DNA of 35,580 nt from an uncultured Enterobacteriaceae bacterium (GCA_964471355.1 CAYYHT010000001.1:1-35580), one strand, 5' to 3'. Positions 25,775 through 34,161 are shown, counted from the stretch's first letter. Translations and numbers: made by a program. The notes: generated from the sequence alone by a model not told the origin.

Positions 25775-25901
25775 GGCGAGACGAAGCTCGCCGCTCCTTG
25801 GGGTAGGCAAGGGGCGGCGAGCTTCGTCTCGCCGACGCCTGCAAGGAGCGGCGAGCTTCGTCTCGCCGACGCCTGCAAGAAGCGGCGAGCTTCGTCTCGC
25901 C
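25775..25901. repeat. cluster of an 18-nt hairpin element (GGCGAG-CTTCGT-CTCGCC): one inverted copy plus about 3 tandem copies at 34-bp period
   Basis: Copies lie at 25775-25792 (inverted), 25816-25833, 25850-25867 and 25884-25901. The tandem 34-mers 25834-25867 and 25868-25901 differ at 1 nt. A perfect 26-bp inverted repeat pairs 25775-25800 with 25842-25867. Confidence 0.85.
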
Positions 25902-25914
25902 GTACACTTCCCCC

Positions 25915-26508
25915 ATGCTGTTCTGGCTCCTCGTCTCGTGCACACCCGTCGACTCCGACTTGCCGGACGACTCCGACGTTGCCGACGGCGATGCCGACAC
26001 AGACGCCGATGCCGATACGGACACAGACTCAGACAGCGACAGCGACGCCGACAGCGATGCCGACACGGACACTGACAGCGGATCGGCTCCAGTGCCTACA
26101 CTGCAGATCGGGACCTATGACGGCTCCTGGGCGCCGATGGTCGATGGCCAGGACCAGGTGATGATCTTCGGACCCCAAGGGGGGTTCCACATGGAACCTG
26201 CTCTGCGCATCTGTCACCTGCCGGTACCGGTCGACCTGTACGGACAGCTCATCGATGAGCCGAGCGCCCAGAGCCTGGGATGGAGTGAACACTCGCTCTC
26301 GAGCGTGGTGTCCGACCCCGAACCGGGGTGCCGCATCGAGCCTGCGGTCATCCTGTACATCGATGCGCGCAACGTCAGCGGTGGCGCCACCAGCGACCCG
26401 ACGGGAGTCGTCACCGGCCACATTGTGCAGATGGAGCTGCGTGTCGTGGAATCCGTGAGTGCCGTACAGGCGTTGGCATCGGTCCGGGTGACCGCCGTCG
26501 ACGAGTGA
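25915..26508 (+). CDS. lipoprotein with a poly-(Asp-X) acidic tract (197 aa)
   Basis: Lipobox LLVSC|T. Residues 13-55 read DSDLPDDSDVADGDADTDADADTDTDSDSDSDADSDADTDTD. A roughly 135-aa uncharacterised domain follows. Confidence 0.7.
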   Translation: MLFWLLVSCTPVDSDLPDDSDVADGDADTDADADTDTDSDSDSDADSDADTDTDSGSAPVPTLQIGTYDGSWAPMVDGQDQVMIFGPQGGFHMEPALRICHLPVPVDLYGQLIDEPSAQSLGWSEHSLSSVVSDPEPGCRIEPAVILYIDARNVSGGATSDPTGVVTGHIVQMELRVVESVSAVQALASVRVTAVDE

Positions 26509-26967
26509 TCAGCTCTCAGTACAGGTCGCGTTGGTACCACTGAAGCTACACGACAGGCTGCTGTTGCCCTTGATAGGCCCCCAGCTGGCCCGTTTTGCGC
26601 CCTGGAAGAAGACCCGGCAGCCGATGCCACGGTCGAGTGGAACACCGGTCATGCTGCACTGGTTGCCGTTGAAGTTGCAGCGCTTGCGAAATCCCGTCTC
26701 GGTGCAGCTGATCTCAGCGGCGTTGTAGGCCGAGCCCGGCTTCACCTTGATCGTGATCGGGCCTTCGGTTGCCTTCTTGGGCATGGCTGCCAGTTTCTTG
26801 CGACGTGCCTTCTTTTGCTTGGCGCTCTTGCGAGAGGCCGTGTCGTCCCAGTCTTCTTCAGCCGTGTCGAGCTTCTCTTCGGTGTCTTCCTTTTCTTCTT
26901 CGAAGAGTCCGGCACAGCCGAGCGACATCGCGCTCACCAGAACGATCGAGAACCAAGCTCGTCTCAC
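26509..26967 (-). CDS. small Cys-rich lipoprotein (152 aa)
   Basis: The GTG start at 26967 overlaps the upstream TGA (GTGA). Signal and lipobox read RRAWFSIVLVSAMSLGC|A. An acidic then basic linker (EEEKEDTEEK...KQKKARRKK) is followed by a roughly 85-aa domain with 6 Cys. Confidence 0.65.
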   Translation of the reverse strand: MRRAWFSIVLVSAMSLGCAGLFEEEKEDTEEKLDTAEEDWDDTASRKSAKQKKARRKKLAAMPKKATEGPITIKVKPGSAYNAAEISCTETGFRKRCNFNGNQCSMTGVPLDRGIGCRVFFQGAKRASWGPIKGNSSLSCSFSGTNATCTES

Positions 26968-29759
26968 AGATTGCCTCCGAGCACGACGTATACCGCACCT
27001 GCGTCTGCTGCAGCCTCGTCGTCTCTCCACGCGCCGACCAGGAAGTCCGGCACGCCATCACCGTCCACGTCGCCGTTGCCATCCATGGCCAGGCCGACTT
27101 GATCGAACACGTTGTCGCCGAGCAACTTGCTGTGGGCGTTGGTGAGCGAGACTGTTCCACTCAACGGAGAGAGGAGCATGTACAGCGCTCCCGAGCCGCT
27201 GCCGCCTTCGTCGTCGGAGCGCGCGCACAGGGCGATGTCGTCGAGTCCGTCCCGGTCGATATCGCCAGCGCCTGCCACCGAGTCACCTGCAAAGTCGCTG
27301 GCGACGACGCCGGCGAGGATCGCCTCGGCGTCGGAGAGTGAAACGGCGCCGCTGATGGGTCCGTGAAGGGTGTAGGCCGAGCCCGCGTCGTTGGCGCCGA
27401 CGTCGCTGTAGCGAGCACCTACGATGAAGTCGGCGTATCCGTCGCGGTCGAGGTCGCCGGCCTCTGACAGCGATGCTCCGGCGAGGTCTCCGGCGCCTTG
27501 TCCGGTCAGGATCGCCCTTGAATCGGCCAGCGAGACCGTGCCGGTCACCTGCCCATCGATGAGGTAGACCGTGCCATTTGGGGTGCCTGTGGCCGAGACC
27601 AGGAAGTCGGGAATGCCATCGGCGTCAACGTCGCCCGCGGCCGAGACCACCAGTCCTGCGTCGTCGTCGGTGCCCACAGCGGTCACGGTGGCAATGGCTG
27701 TGCTCAGGCTGCCCGACGCGGTGCCAGCGGCGACCAAATAGGCGCGTCCATCGTTGCCATAGGCTCCGATGACGACGGAGTCCGAGCCGCTGCCGTCGAC
27801 GTCTCCGACGAAGGCCATGGAGCGCCCTGCGAGGTCGTTGGCCTGTTCGCCCGTAAACATGACGTCGGCGGTGTCGAGGATGGACGTGCCGTTGACGGGG
27901 CCGAAGATGATGTAGGCCGCGCCCGCTGAGGCACCGGCGCTGGCCTCTCGGAATGCGCCCACCATGACGTCTGGGGTGCCGTCGCCGTTGTAGTCGCCGC
28001 CGCCGCTGACTGCGACACCGGCGCGGTCGCCTGCGGCGGTCCCCCGAAAGATGGCCGTTGCGGTTCCCGTGTCGACCGAACCCGAGACGGGCATGTGCAG
28101 GACGTAGGCGGCGCCAGCAGAGGTTCCGTTCGTGGAGTTCTGGAACGAGCCCAAGATGACGTCGTCGTTGCCGTCGCCGTTCAGATCGCCGGCAAAGGAC
28201 AGAGCGCGGCCGGAGCGCTCGTTGGCGGACTCGCCAAGCAGCTTGTCGCCGGCGTTGCCCAGGGTGTCGGTGCCGCCAATGAAGCCCGTGCAGCCCGCGC
28301 TCGGGTTGACCGCGGCGTCGCCGTCATTGCAGTCGTCCCCGCGATCGACAAGGGTTCCGGTCGCGTCACAGGCCCAGACTGGCCCGGTGGGATCACCCGC
28401 TCCGTCACCGTCGCTGTCGGTCCAGAACCGAACCTGCAGCTGTGCGCCTTCTGGGTCGTCATCGTCGGCCAAGCCGTCGCAGTCCTCGTCGGTATCGAGG
28501 AAGTCGCAGACCTCGGTGCCGTCGGGGCTGAAGTCGATTTCGGAGTCGTCGCAGTCCGTGTCGTCGAGCAGGCGTCCTGCGGGGGTGCCGCAGTCGGTGA
28601 GGGCGTCAGCGGGGTCGCCGAAGCCGTCGCCATCGCTGTCGAGGTACCACTGCTGTGGTTGGGTCGGGTCGCTGACGGCGCAGTCGTCCGAGTTGTCGAC
28701 GTGATCAACGGGCTGGGTGCAGGCGTCAACCGATGTGGCGCTGTCGCCGTAGCCGTCGCCATCTGAGTCGAGGAACCACGTCGTCAGGCCCGACTCGTCG
28801 ATGCCGCCATCGCAGTTGTTGTCGATGAGATCACAGACCTCGTCTGCGCCGGGATGCACGTCGCCATTGGTGTCGTCGCAGTCGGTGTCATCGAGCGAGG
28901 TGTCTGCGGGTTGGTCGCAGGCCACCGTCTCGGCCGCGGAGTCTCCGAAGCCGTCGGTGTCGGTATCGGCGTACCAGGACAGGGCGTCCGTCACGCCGGT
29001 GTCGGCGTCATCTGCGGTGCCGCTGCAGTCTTCGTCGACGTCGCTGTCGTCGCAGATTTCATCGGCGTCGGGGTGAATTGCCGAGCTGGTGTCATCGCAG
29101 TCGGTCTGGTTGTCGACGTGATCGAGGGGCTGGCTGCAGCCCACGGTCACCGATGTGGCGTCGCCAAAGGTGTCTCCGTCGCTGTCGAGGAACCAGCGGG
29201 TCGACGGGTCTTCGTCCGTGACTCCATCGCAGTCGTCGTCGGTGTCGTTGCAGTCATCGGTCGTGACGCCCGGGTTGACGGTGTCGTCTGAGTCGTCGCA
29301 GTCGCCGCCGTCTGAGACGGTGCCCGTGGGGGCGCTGCACGCTTCAGTCGTCGATGAGGCGTCGCCATAGCCATCGCCATCGGCGTCGGTGAACCAAGTC
29401 AGCAGGCTGTCGGCGTCGTCCACGGTGCCGTTGCAGTCGTTGTCGGCGCCGTCGCAGACCTCGAGGGCCCCGGCAAAGACGGTGTCGTCGGTGTCATCGC
29501 AGTCGTCAGAGATGGCAGCGAAGCCCTCGGGCTGGTCGCATGCTTCAGTCGTCGACGCAGAGTCGCCGAAGCCGTCTCCGTCGTCGTCGCCGAACCACGT
29601 CGAGGCGGCGCCCACAGCGGCATCGGCATCGTCGCAGTCATCGCTGACGCCCACACCATCACCGTCTTGATCGAGACGCTCTTCGTATTGCGCGTCGGTG
29701 ATCATCTGGCAGCCGCTGATGGCGATGAGCCCCAGCCCCAGAATCAATAGTCGACTCAA
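26964..29759 (-). CDS. large surface lipoprotein (931 aa): Cys/Asp-rich 'putative metal-binding (MopE-like) motif' repeats plus a 7-blade FG-GAP (integrin-alpha-like) beta-propeller
   Basis: The TTG start at 29759 overlaps the upstream TGA (TTGA). Lipobox LIAISGC|Q. See the two repeat features within this gene. Confidence 0.85.
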   Translation of the reverse strand: MSRLLILGLGLIAISGCQMITDAQYEERLDQDGDGVGVSDDCDDADAAVGAASTWFGDDDGDGFGDSASTTEACDQPEGFAAISDDCDDTDDTVFAGALEVCDGADNDCNGTVDDADSLLTWFTDADGDGYGDASSTTEACSAPTGTVSDGGDCDDSDDTVNPGVTTDDCNDTDDDCDGVTDEDPSTRWFLDSDGDTFGDATSVTVGCSQPLDHVDNQTDCDDTSSAIHPDADEICDDSDVDEDCSGTADDADTGVTDALSWYADTDTDGFGDSAAETVACDQPADTSLDDTDCDDTNGDVHPGADEVCDLIDNNCDGGIDESGLTTWFLDSDGDGYGDSATSVDACTQPVDHVDNSDDCAVSDPTQPQQWYLDSDGDGFGDPADALTDCGTPAGRLLDDTDCDDSEIDFSPDGTEVCDFLDTDEDCDGLADDDDPEGAQLQVRFWTDSDGDGAGDPTGPVWACDATGTLVDRGDDCNDGDAAVNPSAGCTGFIGGTDTLGNAGDKLLGESANERSGRALSFAGDLNGDGNDDVILGSFQNSTNGTSAGAAYVLHMPVSGSVDTGTATAIFRGTAAGDRAGVAVSGGGDYNGDGTPDVMVGAFREASAGASAGAAYIIFGPVNGTSILDTADVMFTGEQANDLAGRSMAFVGDVDGSGSDSVVIGAYGNDGRAYLVAAGTASGSLSTAIATVTAVGTDDDAGLVVSAAGDVDADGIPDFLVSATGTPNGTVYLIDGQVTGTVSLADSRAILTGQGAGDLAGASLSEAGDLDRDGYADFIVGARYSDVGANDAGSAYTLHGPISGAVSLSDAEAILAGVVASDFAGDSVAGAGDIDRDGLDDIALCARSDDEGGSGSGALYMLLSPLSGTVSLTNAHSKLLGDNVFDQVGLAMDGNGDVDGDGVPDFLVGAWRDDEAAADAGAVYVVLGGNL
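26967..28247 (-). repeat. coding repeats: seven FG-GAP/VCBS blades
   Basis: Seven Ca-binding-loop-like motifs: GDLNGDGNDDVILG, GDYNGDGTPDVMVGA, GDVDGSGSDSVVIGA, GDVDADGIPDFLVSA, GDLDRDGYADFIVGA, GDIDRDGLDDIALCA, GDVDGDGVPDFLVGA. Confidence 0.8.
28290..29672 (-). repeat. coding tandem repeats: 7-8 modules of W-x-x-D-x-D-G-D-G-[FY]-G-D...C...D-C-D-D-x-D...C-D-x-x-D-x-[DN]-C-[DNS]-G
   Basis: Read from the translation, residues about 30-490. Modules start at W55, W122, W189, W262, W328, W371 and W446. Confidence 0.7.
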
Positions 29760-30721
29760 AATTCCACCACCATGCCGATAGTTGCGAGGCCAACCGCTGT
29801 GGCCAGCGCCCCCTGGGCGGCGTAGCCCATTGTGTTCGAGGTCGAGCGAAGCCCGTCGAGCTCATCGACCGGAGTGTTCGGGTCATTGAAGGCGCCCTTG
29901 GCGCTCGAGGAAACGCCGTACAGAGCCATGCCCAGCAGCGCCGAGCCCCCAGCAGCAGCCAGAATCGGAACGTTGGGGCCGAGTTCGGGTTCGGGGTCTT
30001 CTGGGGGACGCGGCTCCGGAATTGGGATGGCGTCGTTGCCGTCGGCAGCGGTCTCGACTGCATCGCCTTCCCAAAGTGGCGGAGCCTCGGGAATGACTTC
30101 GGGTTCGACCTCGGCGACAGGTTCGACGTAGTTGGCCCACTCGGGAAGGTCGGCGCCCGGGCTGACGTAGACGGTCTCGGTGACCGCGCCATCTGCGCCC
30201 AGGAGCTGAAGGATGGTCGGCAGACCGTCGGGCCGCGTGTCGTTGGCTTTGCCATCGACCACAGCGCTGTGTTCGGGGGGCAGCACCAGCTCGACTCGCT
30301 CGGCGACCGGCACTCCGACCGCCACGGTGTAGCCATTGCGCAGGGTTGAGCCCCGGCCGGCGATGGTCATCGGGAAGATGTAGGTCTTGTCGGCCTCGAC
30401 GGCAGCCCGGAAGGACGGAGCCATCTCGTCGGGCTTGTCGAGCAGATCGGCACCGATTGCCTTGAGGCGATGGTAGGCCGCTGCGTCTGGGGCAGTCAGG
30501 GCCTCGCTCAGGCAATCGAGGTGTGTGGCTGCAGAGGTCTGAGCCGCGGTGAATCCTTCCTTGTCGGGTGTGCGCGCACCGTCCACGTCGCGCTTGGCAA
30601 AGGCGTCGATGGCGAGCGACAGGTCGTCCGAGAGAGTGGCCACCGTCGCGGGGCAGTCCGCCTGTGCGAGAGCTGGGACCAACAATACGGCTATCAACGT
30701 AGCAATGCCGGGGTTCTGCAA
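29756..30721 (-). CDS. secreted or membrane-anchored protein (321 aa): helical N-domain, beta-rich middle, Pro/Glu linker, C-terminal hydrophobic hairpin
   Basis: The TTG start at 30721 is preceded by a strong SD (GGAGGA, 4-5 nt spacing). Signal peptide IATLIAVLLVPALAQA. Linker PEVIPEAPP...PEPRPPEDPEPE. The C-terminus is Gly/Ala-rich and hydrophobic, ending VVEF. Confidence 0.7.
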   Translation of the reverse strand: MQNPGIATLIAVLLVPALAQADCPATVATLSDDLSLAIDAFAKRDVDGARTPDKEGFTAAQTSAATHLDCLSEALTAPDAAAYHRLKAIGADLLDKPDEMAPSFRAAVEADKTYIFPMTIAGRGSTLRNGYTVAVGVPVAERVELVLPPEHSAVVDGKANDTRPDGLPTILQLLGADGAVTETVYVSPGADLPEWANYVEPVAEVEPEVIPEAPPLWEGDAVETAADGNDAIPIPEPRPPEDPEPELGPNVPILAAAGGSALLGMALYGVSSSAKGAFNDPNTPVDELDGLRSTSNTMGYAAQGALATAVGLATIGMVVEF

Positions 30722-30768
30722 GCTTCCTCCGAGTCGCCCATTGGCGGGGACAGCCTACCGCAAGCGCG

Positions 30769-32196
30769 TCACGCCCGCGCGCCCACCTTTGCCCAGTGTT
30801 CAGCCTTGTACTCGTAGGTGCCCCAGACGGCCTTGATCAGGAACGACAGCGGGAACCCAGCCCAGACACCCCAGACGCCCATTCCCAAGGTGAAACCCAG
30901 GATATAGCTGGCGGGAATCTGGAAGGCGAAGGTCGTCCACAGGTTGATTCTGAGGCTCCGTCGGGTCTGGCCAGAGCCCTGCAGCATGCCCACAAAGCTG
31001 ATGTAGTACCCCACGAGCGGCATGCCATAGCCGAGCAACTGCATCCACATGACCGAATAATCGTAGATTGGCGTGCCCGGTGGAATGTCGAATAGCTCGA
31101 CCAATGGGCCTGCCGCGCCCACGATGACCAGCGCCAAGCTGCACATGACCACCATGGCGAAGATCACCGATGCACGCACCACGCGACGCGCTTCCTCGAT
31201 GTGTCCTGCGCCCAGAGCTGCGCCGACTAAGGCACCGGTCGCTTGGCTGATGCTCATGCCGGGAACAAAGGCCAGGGCCTGGACACGAAGGCCCACTCCG
31301 TGTGCGGCGACCGCCCGCTCATCAAAGGCTCCGAGCATGCCGATGATGGACAGGAAGGCGGCGTTGAGGACCACCATGTCGGTTGCTGCAGGCCAGCCGA
31401 TGCGTGCCAGATCGCGGGCCATGTCCCAGTCGATGGGCTTCCAGCCAAAGTTCGGGTGCACGCCCTTGATCGCGTCGCGATGAAGCAGGTTGTACATCAG
31501 TACCGCTGCGCACAGCTGGGCCAGCACGGTGCCGATGGCCGCTCCTTGGATGCCCATGGCGGGCAGCCCGTAGTTGCCCAGGATGAGCCCGTAGTTGAAC
31601 ACGACGTTCAGCACGTTCATGAACAGGCTGACAAAGAACGCCAGGCGCGTGTTGCCGACCCCGCGCAGGGTCGCGGCGTACAGGATGTTCAGGTAGTTGA
31701 ATGCGGTGCCCAGCAGCAGGGGACGCAGGTAGTCCAGTGCCGGTCCAAGTGACGCGTCGCTGGCTCCCAGCAGGGTGATCAGTGGACTGGCAATCACGTT
31801 GCCAAACACGGCAATGAACAAGCCCAGCATGAGCGTGAGCTGTGTGGACTGGTGCAGGATGTGATTGACGCGCTCGTCGTGGCCCGCGCCGTGAGCGCGC
31901 GAGATGAACGCGACCGTGCCCACGGTGAGGCCAATCATGGCCACCATCAGCAAGAAGATCAGCTGGCTGGCGTAGCCCATGCCGGTGAGCGCCATGTCGG
32001 CACCCGGGGTGCGCCCCACCATGGCGGTGTCGACGGCCAGGGCCAGGACCTGCAGCACGTTGAGTCCGATGATCGGCCATGCGAGCTGGTACAGCCGCTT
32101 TGTGATCTCCCACTGTGAAGACCCGGGATCTTTAGGCGGCGCGGGGTTTTCGGGCTGGGGACTGGCCTCGCCCTTCTGCTCATCACTCAAGTGCAC
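30769..32196 (-). CDS. MATE family efflux transporter (475 aa)
   Basis: About 12 hydrophobic segments with the NorM/DinF-like pattern (LAWPIIGLNVLQ..., RAHGAG, QGSGQTRRSLR). The GTG start at 32196 overlaps the upstream gene by 14 nt; TTG 32190 is an alternative. Confidence 0.9.
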   Translation of the reverse strand: MHLSDEQKGEASPQPENPAPPKDPGSSQWEITKRLYQLAWPIIGLNVLQVLALAVDTAMVGRTPGADMALTGMGYASQLIFLLMVAMIGLTVGTVAFISRAHGAGHDERVNHILHQSTQLTLMLGLFIAVFGNVIASPLITLLGASDASLGPALDYLRPLLLGTAFNYLNILYAATLRGVGNTRLAFFVSLFMNVLNVVFNYGLILGNYGLPAMGIQGAAIGTVLAQLCAAVLMYNLLHRDAIKGVHPNFGWKPIDWDMARDLARIGWPAATDMVVLNAAFLSIIGMLGAFDERAVAAHGVGLRVQALAFVPGMSISQATGALVGAALGAGHIEEARRVVRASVIFAMVVMCSLALVIVGAAGPLVELFDIPPGTPIYDYSVMWMQLLGYGMPLVGYYISFVGMLQGSGQTRRSLRINLWTTFAFQIPASYILGFTLGMGVWGVWAGFPLSFLIKAVWGTYEYKAEHWAKVGARA

Positions 32197-32851
32197 GCAC
32201 CTCGACCACGGATGGAGGCCACTGGGCTAATGCACACAGCCGGTTCACGAGCGGGACAGGGTGTTTCTCAATCAGGAATCGGTCGCCTTCGAGCTCAAAG
32301 AACAGCTTCTCGACGCTGCGGGAGTAGAGCAGCACGACGTCGCCTGGCTGCAGTTGCAGGGTCTGGACCTGTGGCGGCGCCCAGGTGCGTGGGTCGGCTT
32401 GCAGGCGTCCGACCACGGTTCGCAGTGGCAACCCTTCTGGCCAATCCGTGCGCAGCAGGTGCGGCGTGCTGCGCCACAGCACCTCGTCGTTGCGGATGTG
32501 GGCGGCTCCCGTGGCCCCGGCCCATGCGACCAGCGCGACATCGGCGGTGAGCACGCCAGCAGCGGTGCTCCACGAGGCGTGGATGCCCATGTCGTCGATG
32601 AACTTGGGGCCCAGAGTCAGGCAAGTCCGTTGGAATGCCGACACCATCGCGTCGGCTGTCATTGCGGATCGGACCGCATCGGCCAAGAAGTGGGCGACCG
32701 TCTCGGTGGCCTCGGGACCGCGCGCAAAGTCGCCGCCTGCGTCGCACAGGGCCACCACCGCCAAGTCGTCGGTGTGGTGGAACGCGGTCGCAGAGAGCTG
32801 CCCATCGCGGCCGGGGACCGGATCGCGGTGTTGAACGGCGAACGTGGGCCC
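32183..32851 (-). CDS. PP2C-like (PPM-fold) protein with substituted metal-binding residues; start codon unresolved (possible pseudophosphatase or pseudogene)
   Basis: PPM-like order of segments: LAVVALCDAGGDFARGPEATETV (compare vaDGMGGh..ge.AS), AAGVLTADVALVAWAGATGAAHIRNDEV (compare GTT...vGDSR.y..r), LQLQPGDVVLLYSRSV (compare gD.lLLCSDGl). Good G/C3 bias. 32851 is only the first codon boundary clear of the upstream gene, not a start codon. Confidence 0.4.
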   Translation of the reverse strand, partial: GPTFAVQHRDPVPGRDGQLSATAFHHTDDLAVVALCDAGGDFARGPEATETVAHFLADAVRSAMTADAMVSAFQRTCLTLGPKFIDDMGIHASWSTAAGVLTADVALVAWAGATGAAHIRNDEVLWRSTPHLLRTDWPEGLPLRTVVGRLQADPRTWAPPQVQTLQLQPGDVVLLYSRSVEKLFFELEGDRFLIEKHPVPLVNRLCALAQWPPSVVEVRALE

Positions 32852-34059
32852 TACAGGCAGCTGTTGATCGCGTGTGCGAGCGCCAACGCGCGCTTGCTGC
32901 GGATGTGGAAGTCCATCTTGTTCATGACATAGCCGATGGACACGCCTTGATCGGGGTCGCACCAGCCCAAGGCTCCTCCGGCTCCGGGGTGACCAAAGGA
33001 GTTCGTATTGGGAGAGAACAGGTGGGTCTGTTCTTTGACGAAGCCGAGTGAGAAGCCCATGGGCTTGCACATGATGCGGTCGTGCTCCCAAGATCCACGC
33101 TCGTGGGGCAGCTTTGCAGCGGCCTGGCTGACAATGCGCACGCCATCGAGCTCGCCGCCATTGGCGAGGGCCGCATAGATGCGAGCCAGGCCGCGGCCAT
33201 TGGCGATGCCGTTGGACCAGGGCAGCTCCATTCGGTGCACGCGTGGACTGTTGAAGTTGTGCAGGCCGTCTGGTCCCAGCTCTTTGGGGTTGCCGAACGC
33301 GCGGCGGCCGACACCACCGCCGCTTCCGTACAGGACCGAGCGATAGACGCGACCCTCGACCTTTGGCGAGAACAGGGCCCTCGGGATGATTTGAGTGATG
33401 CGCTCGCGCGTGGTCGTTGGGTACAGCGTCGCGAAGCGGCTCTCATGCTCGGGCGGCAGCCCTAGAAAGGCGTCGGCGCCAAGCGGACCGGCGATCTCGC
33501 GCTGCAGAAAGCGACCCAGGCTCTCGCCCGCGACCCGCCGGAACAGCTCGCCCACCAAGATTCCCCAGCTGATGGCGCCATAGCCCTGGGCCGAGCCGGG
33601 CTCCCACATCGGTTGTTGGGCCACACAGGCCGCGGCCATGTGAGCGGGCTTCTCGAGGTCGGACAGCGACAGCGGACGGTCCAGGCCGGACAATCCCGAG
33701 CGGTGGTTCAGCAGCATGCGCACGGTGATGTGCTGCTTTCCTCCCCATGCGAACTCGGGCCAATATTCGGCCACCGGGGCGTCGTAGTCCAGGCGACCGC
33801 GGTCGTGCAGAACCAACATGCACAGCGCAGCCAAGCCCTTTGTCGAGCTGAAGATGATGCCGATGTGGTCTTCGCCCCACGGGGTCTTGGACTCGACGTC
33901 GGCCCAGCCGCCCCACAGGTCGACCACCTTTTGCCCTTGGTGGTAGACGCAGACGCTTGCGCCGACTTCGCCGCGGCGCTCGAAGTTCTCGACAAACGCC
34001 TCCCAGACGGGCTCGTAGCCGCTGGAGACATGACCGTGAATGGCGGAGGAGTGAGGCAT
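32851..34059 (-). CDS. beta-lactamase-related serine hydrolase (class C / EstB-like esterase family, 402 aa)
   Basis: S-x-x-K motif in IIFSSTKGLAALC. Family-typical LLNHRSGLSG, and GHPGAGGALGWCDP near the C-terminus. Confidence 0.88.
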   Translation of the reverse strand: MPHSSAIHGHVSSGYEPVWEAFVENFERRGEVGASVCVYHQGQKVVDLWGGWADVESKTPWGEDHIGIIFSSTKGLAALCMLVLHDRGRLDYDAPVAEYWPEFAWGGKQHITVRMLLNHRSGLSGLDRPLSLSDLEKPAHMAAACVAQQPMWEPGSAQGYGAISWGILVGELFRRVAGESLGRFLQREIAGPLGADAFLGLPPEHESRFATLYPTTTRERITQIIPRALFSPKVEGRVYRSVLYGSGGGVGRRAFGNPKELGPDGLHNFNSPRVHRMELPWSNGIANGRGLARIYAALANGGELDGVRIVSQAAAKLPHERGSWEHDRIMCKPMGFSLGFVKEQTHLFSPNTNSFGHPGAGGALGWCDPDQGVSIGYVMNKMDFHIRSKRALALAHAINSCL

Positions 34060-34161
34060 GGCGGCGATCTAATGCACTGGGCACCGATCGCCCGGCAGCT
34101 TGTCCATGTAAGCCGAAGCCAGTGCTGTGCGTTCCCCCGGCGTCAAACAGGTGGTGCCCCG

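Noticed and set aside
25775-25901. Possible mini-CRISPR array
   Set aside because: The 34-bp units abut each other with no unique spacers, there are only about 3 copies plus an inverted one, and no cas genes are present. The short ORFs translating it (GETKLAA repeats in several frames) are artefacts of the repeat.
32261-32932. 223-aa plus-strand ORF between the MATE and serine-hydrolase genes
   Set aside because: It is antisense to the PP2C-like frame. The translation (…GSRGPGPCDQRDIGGEHASSGAPRG…) looks non-protein-like, and the minus strand has the G/C3 bias and the domain-like segments.
33613-34161. N-terminal 183 codons of the tool ORF 33613-34689
   Set aside because: This part lies antisense to the serine-hydrolase gene. 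A clean signal peptide begins at the internal ATG 34162, which also matches the start of the downstream paralog.
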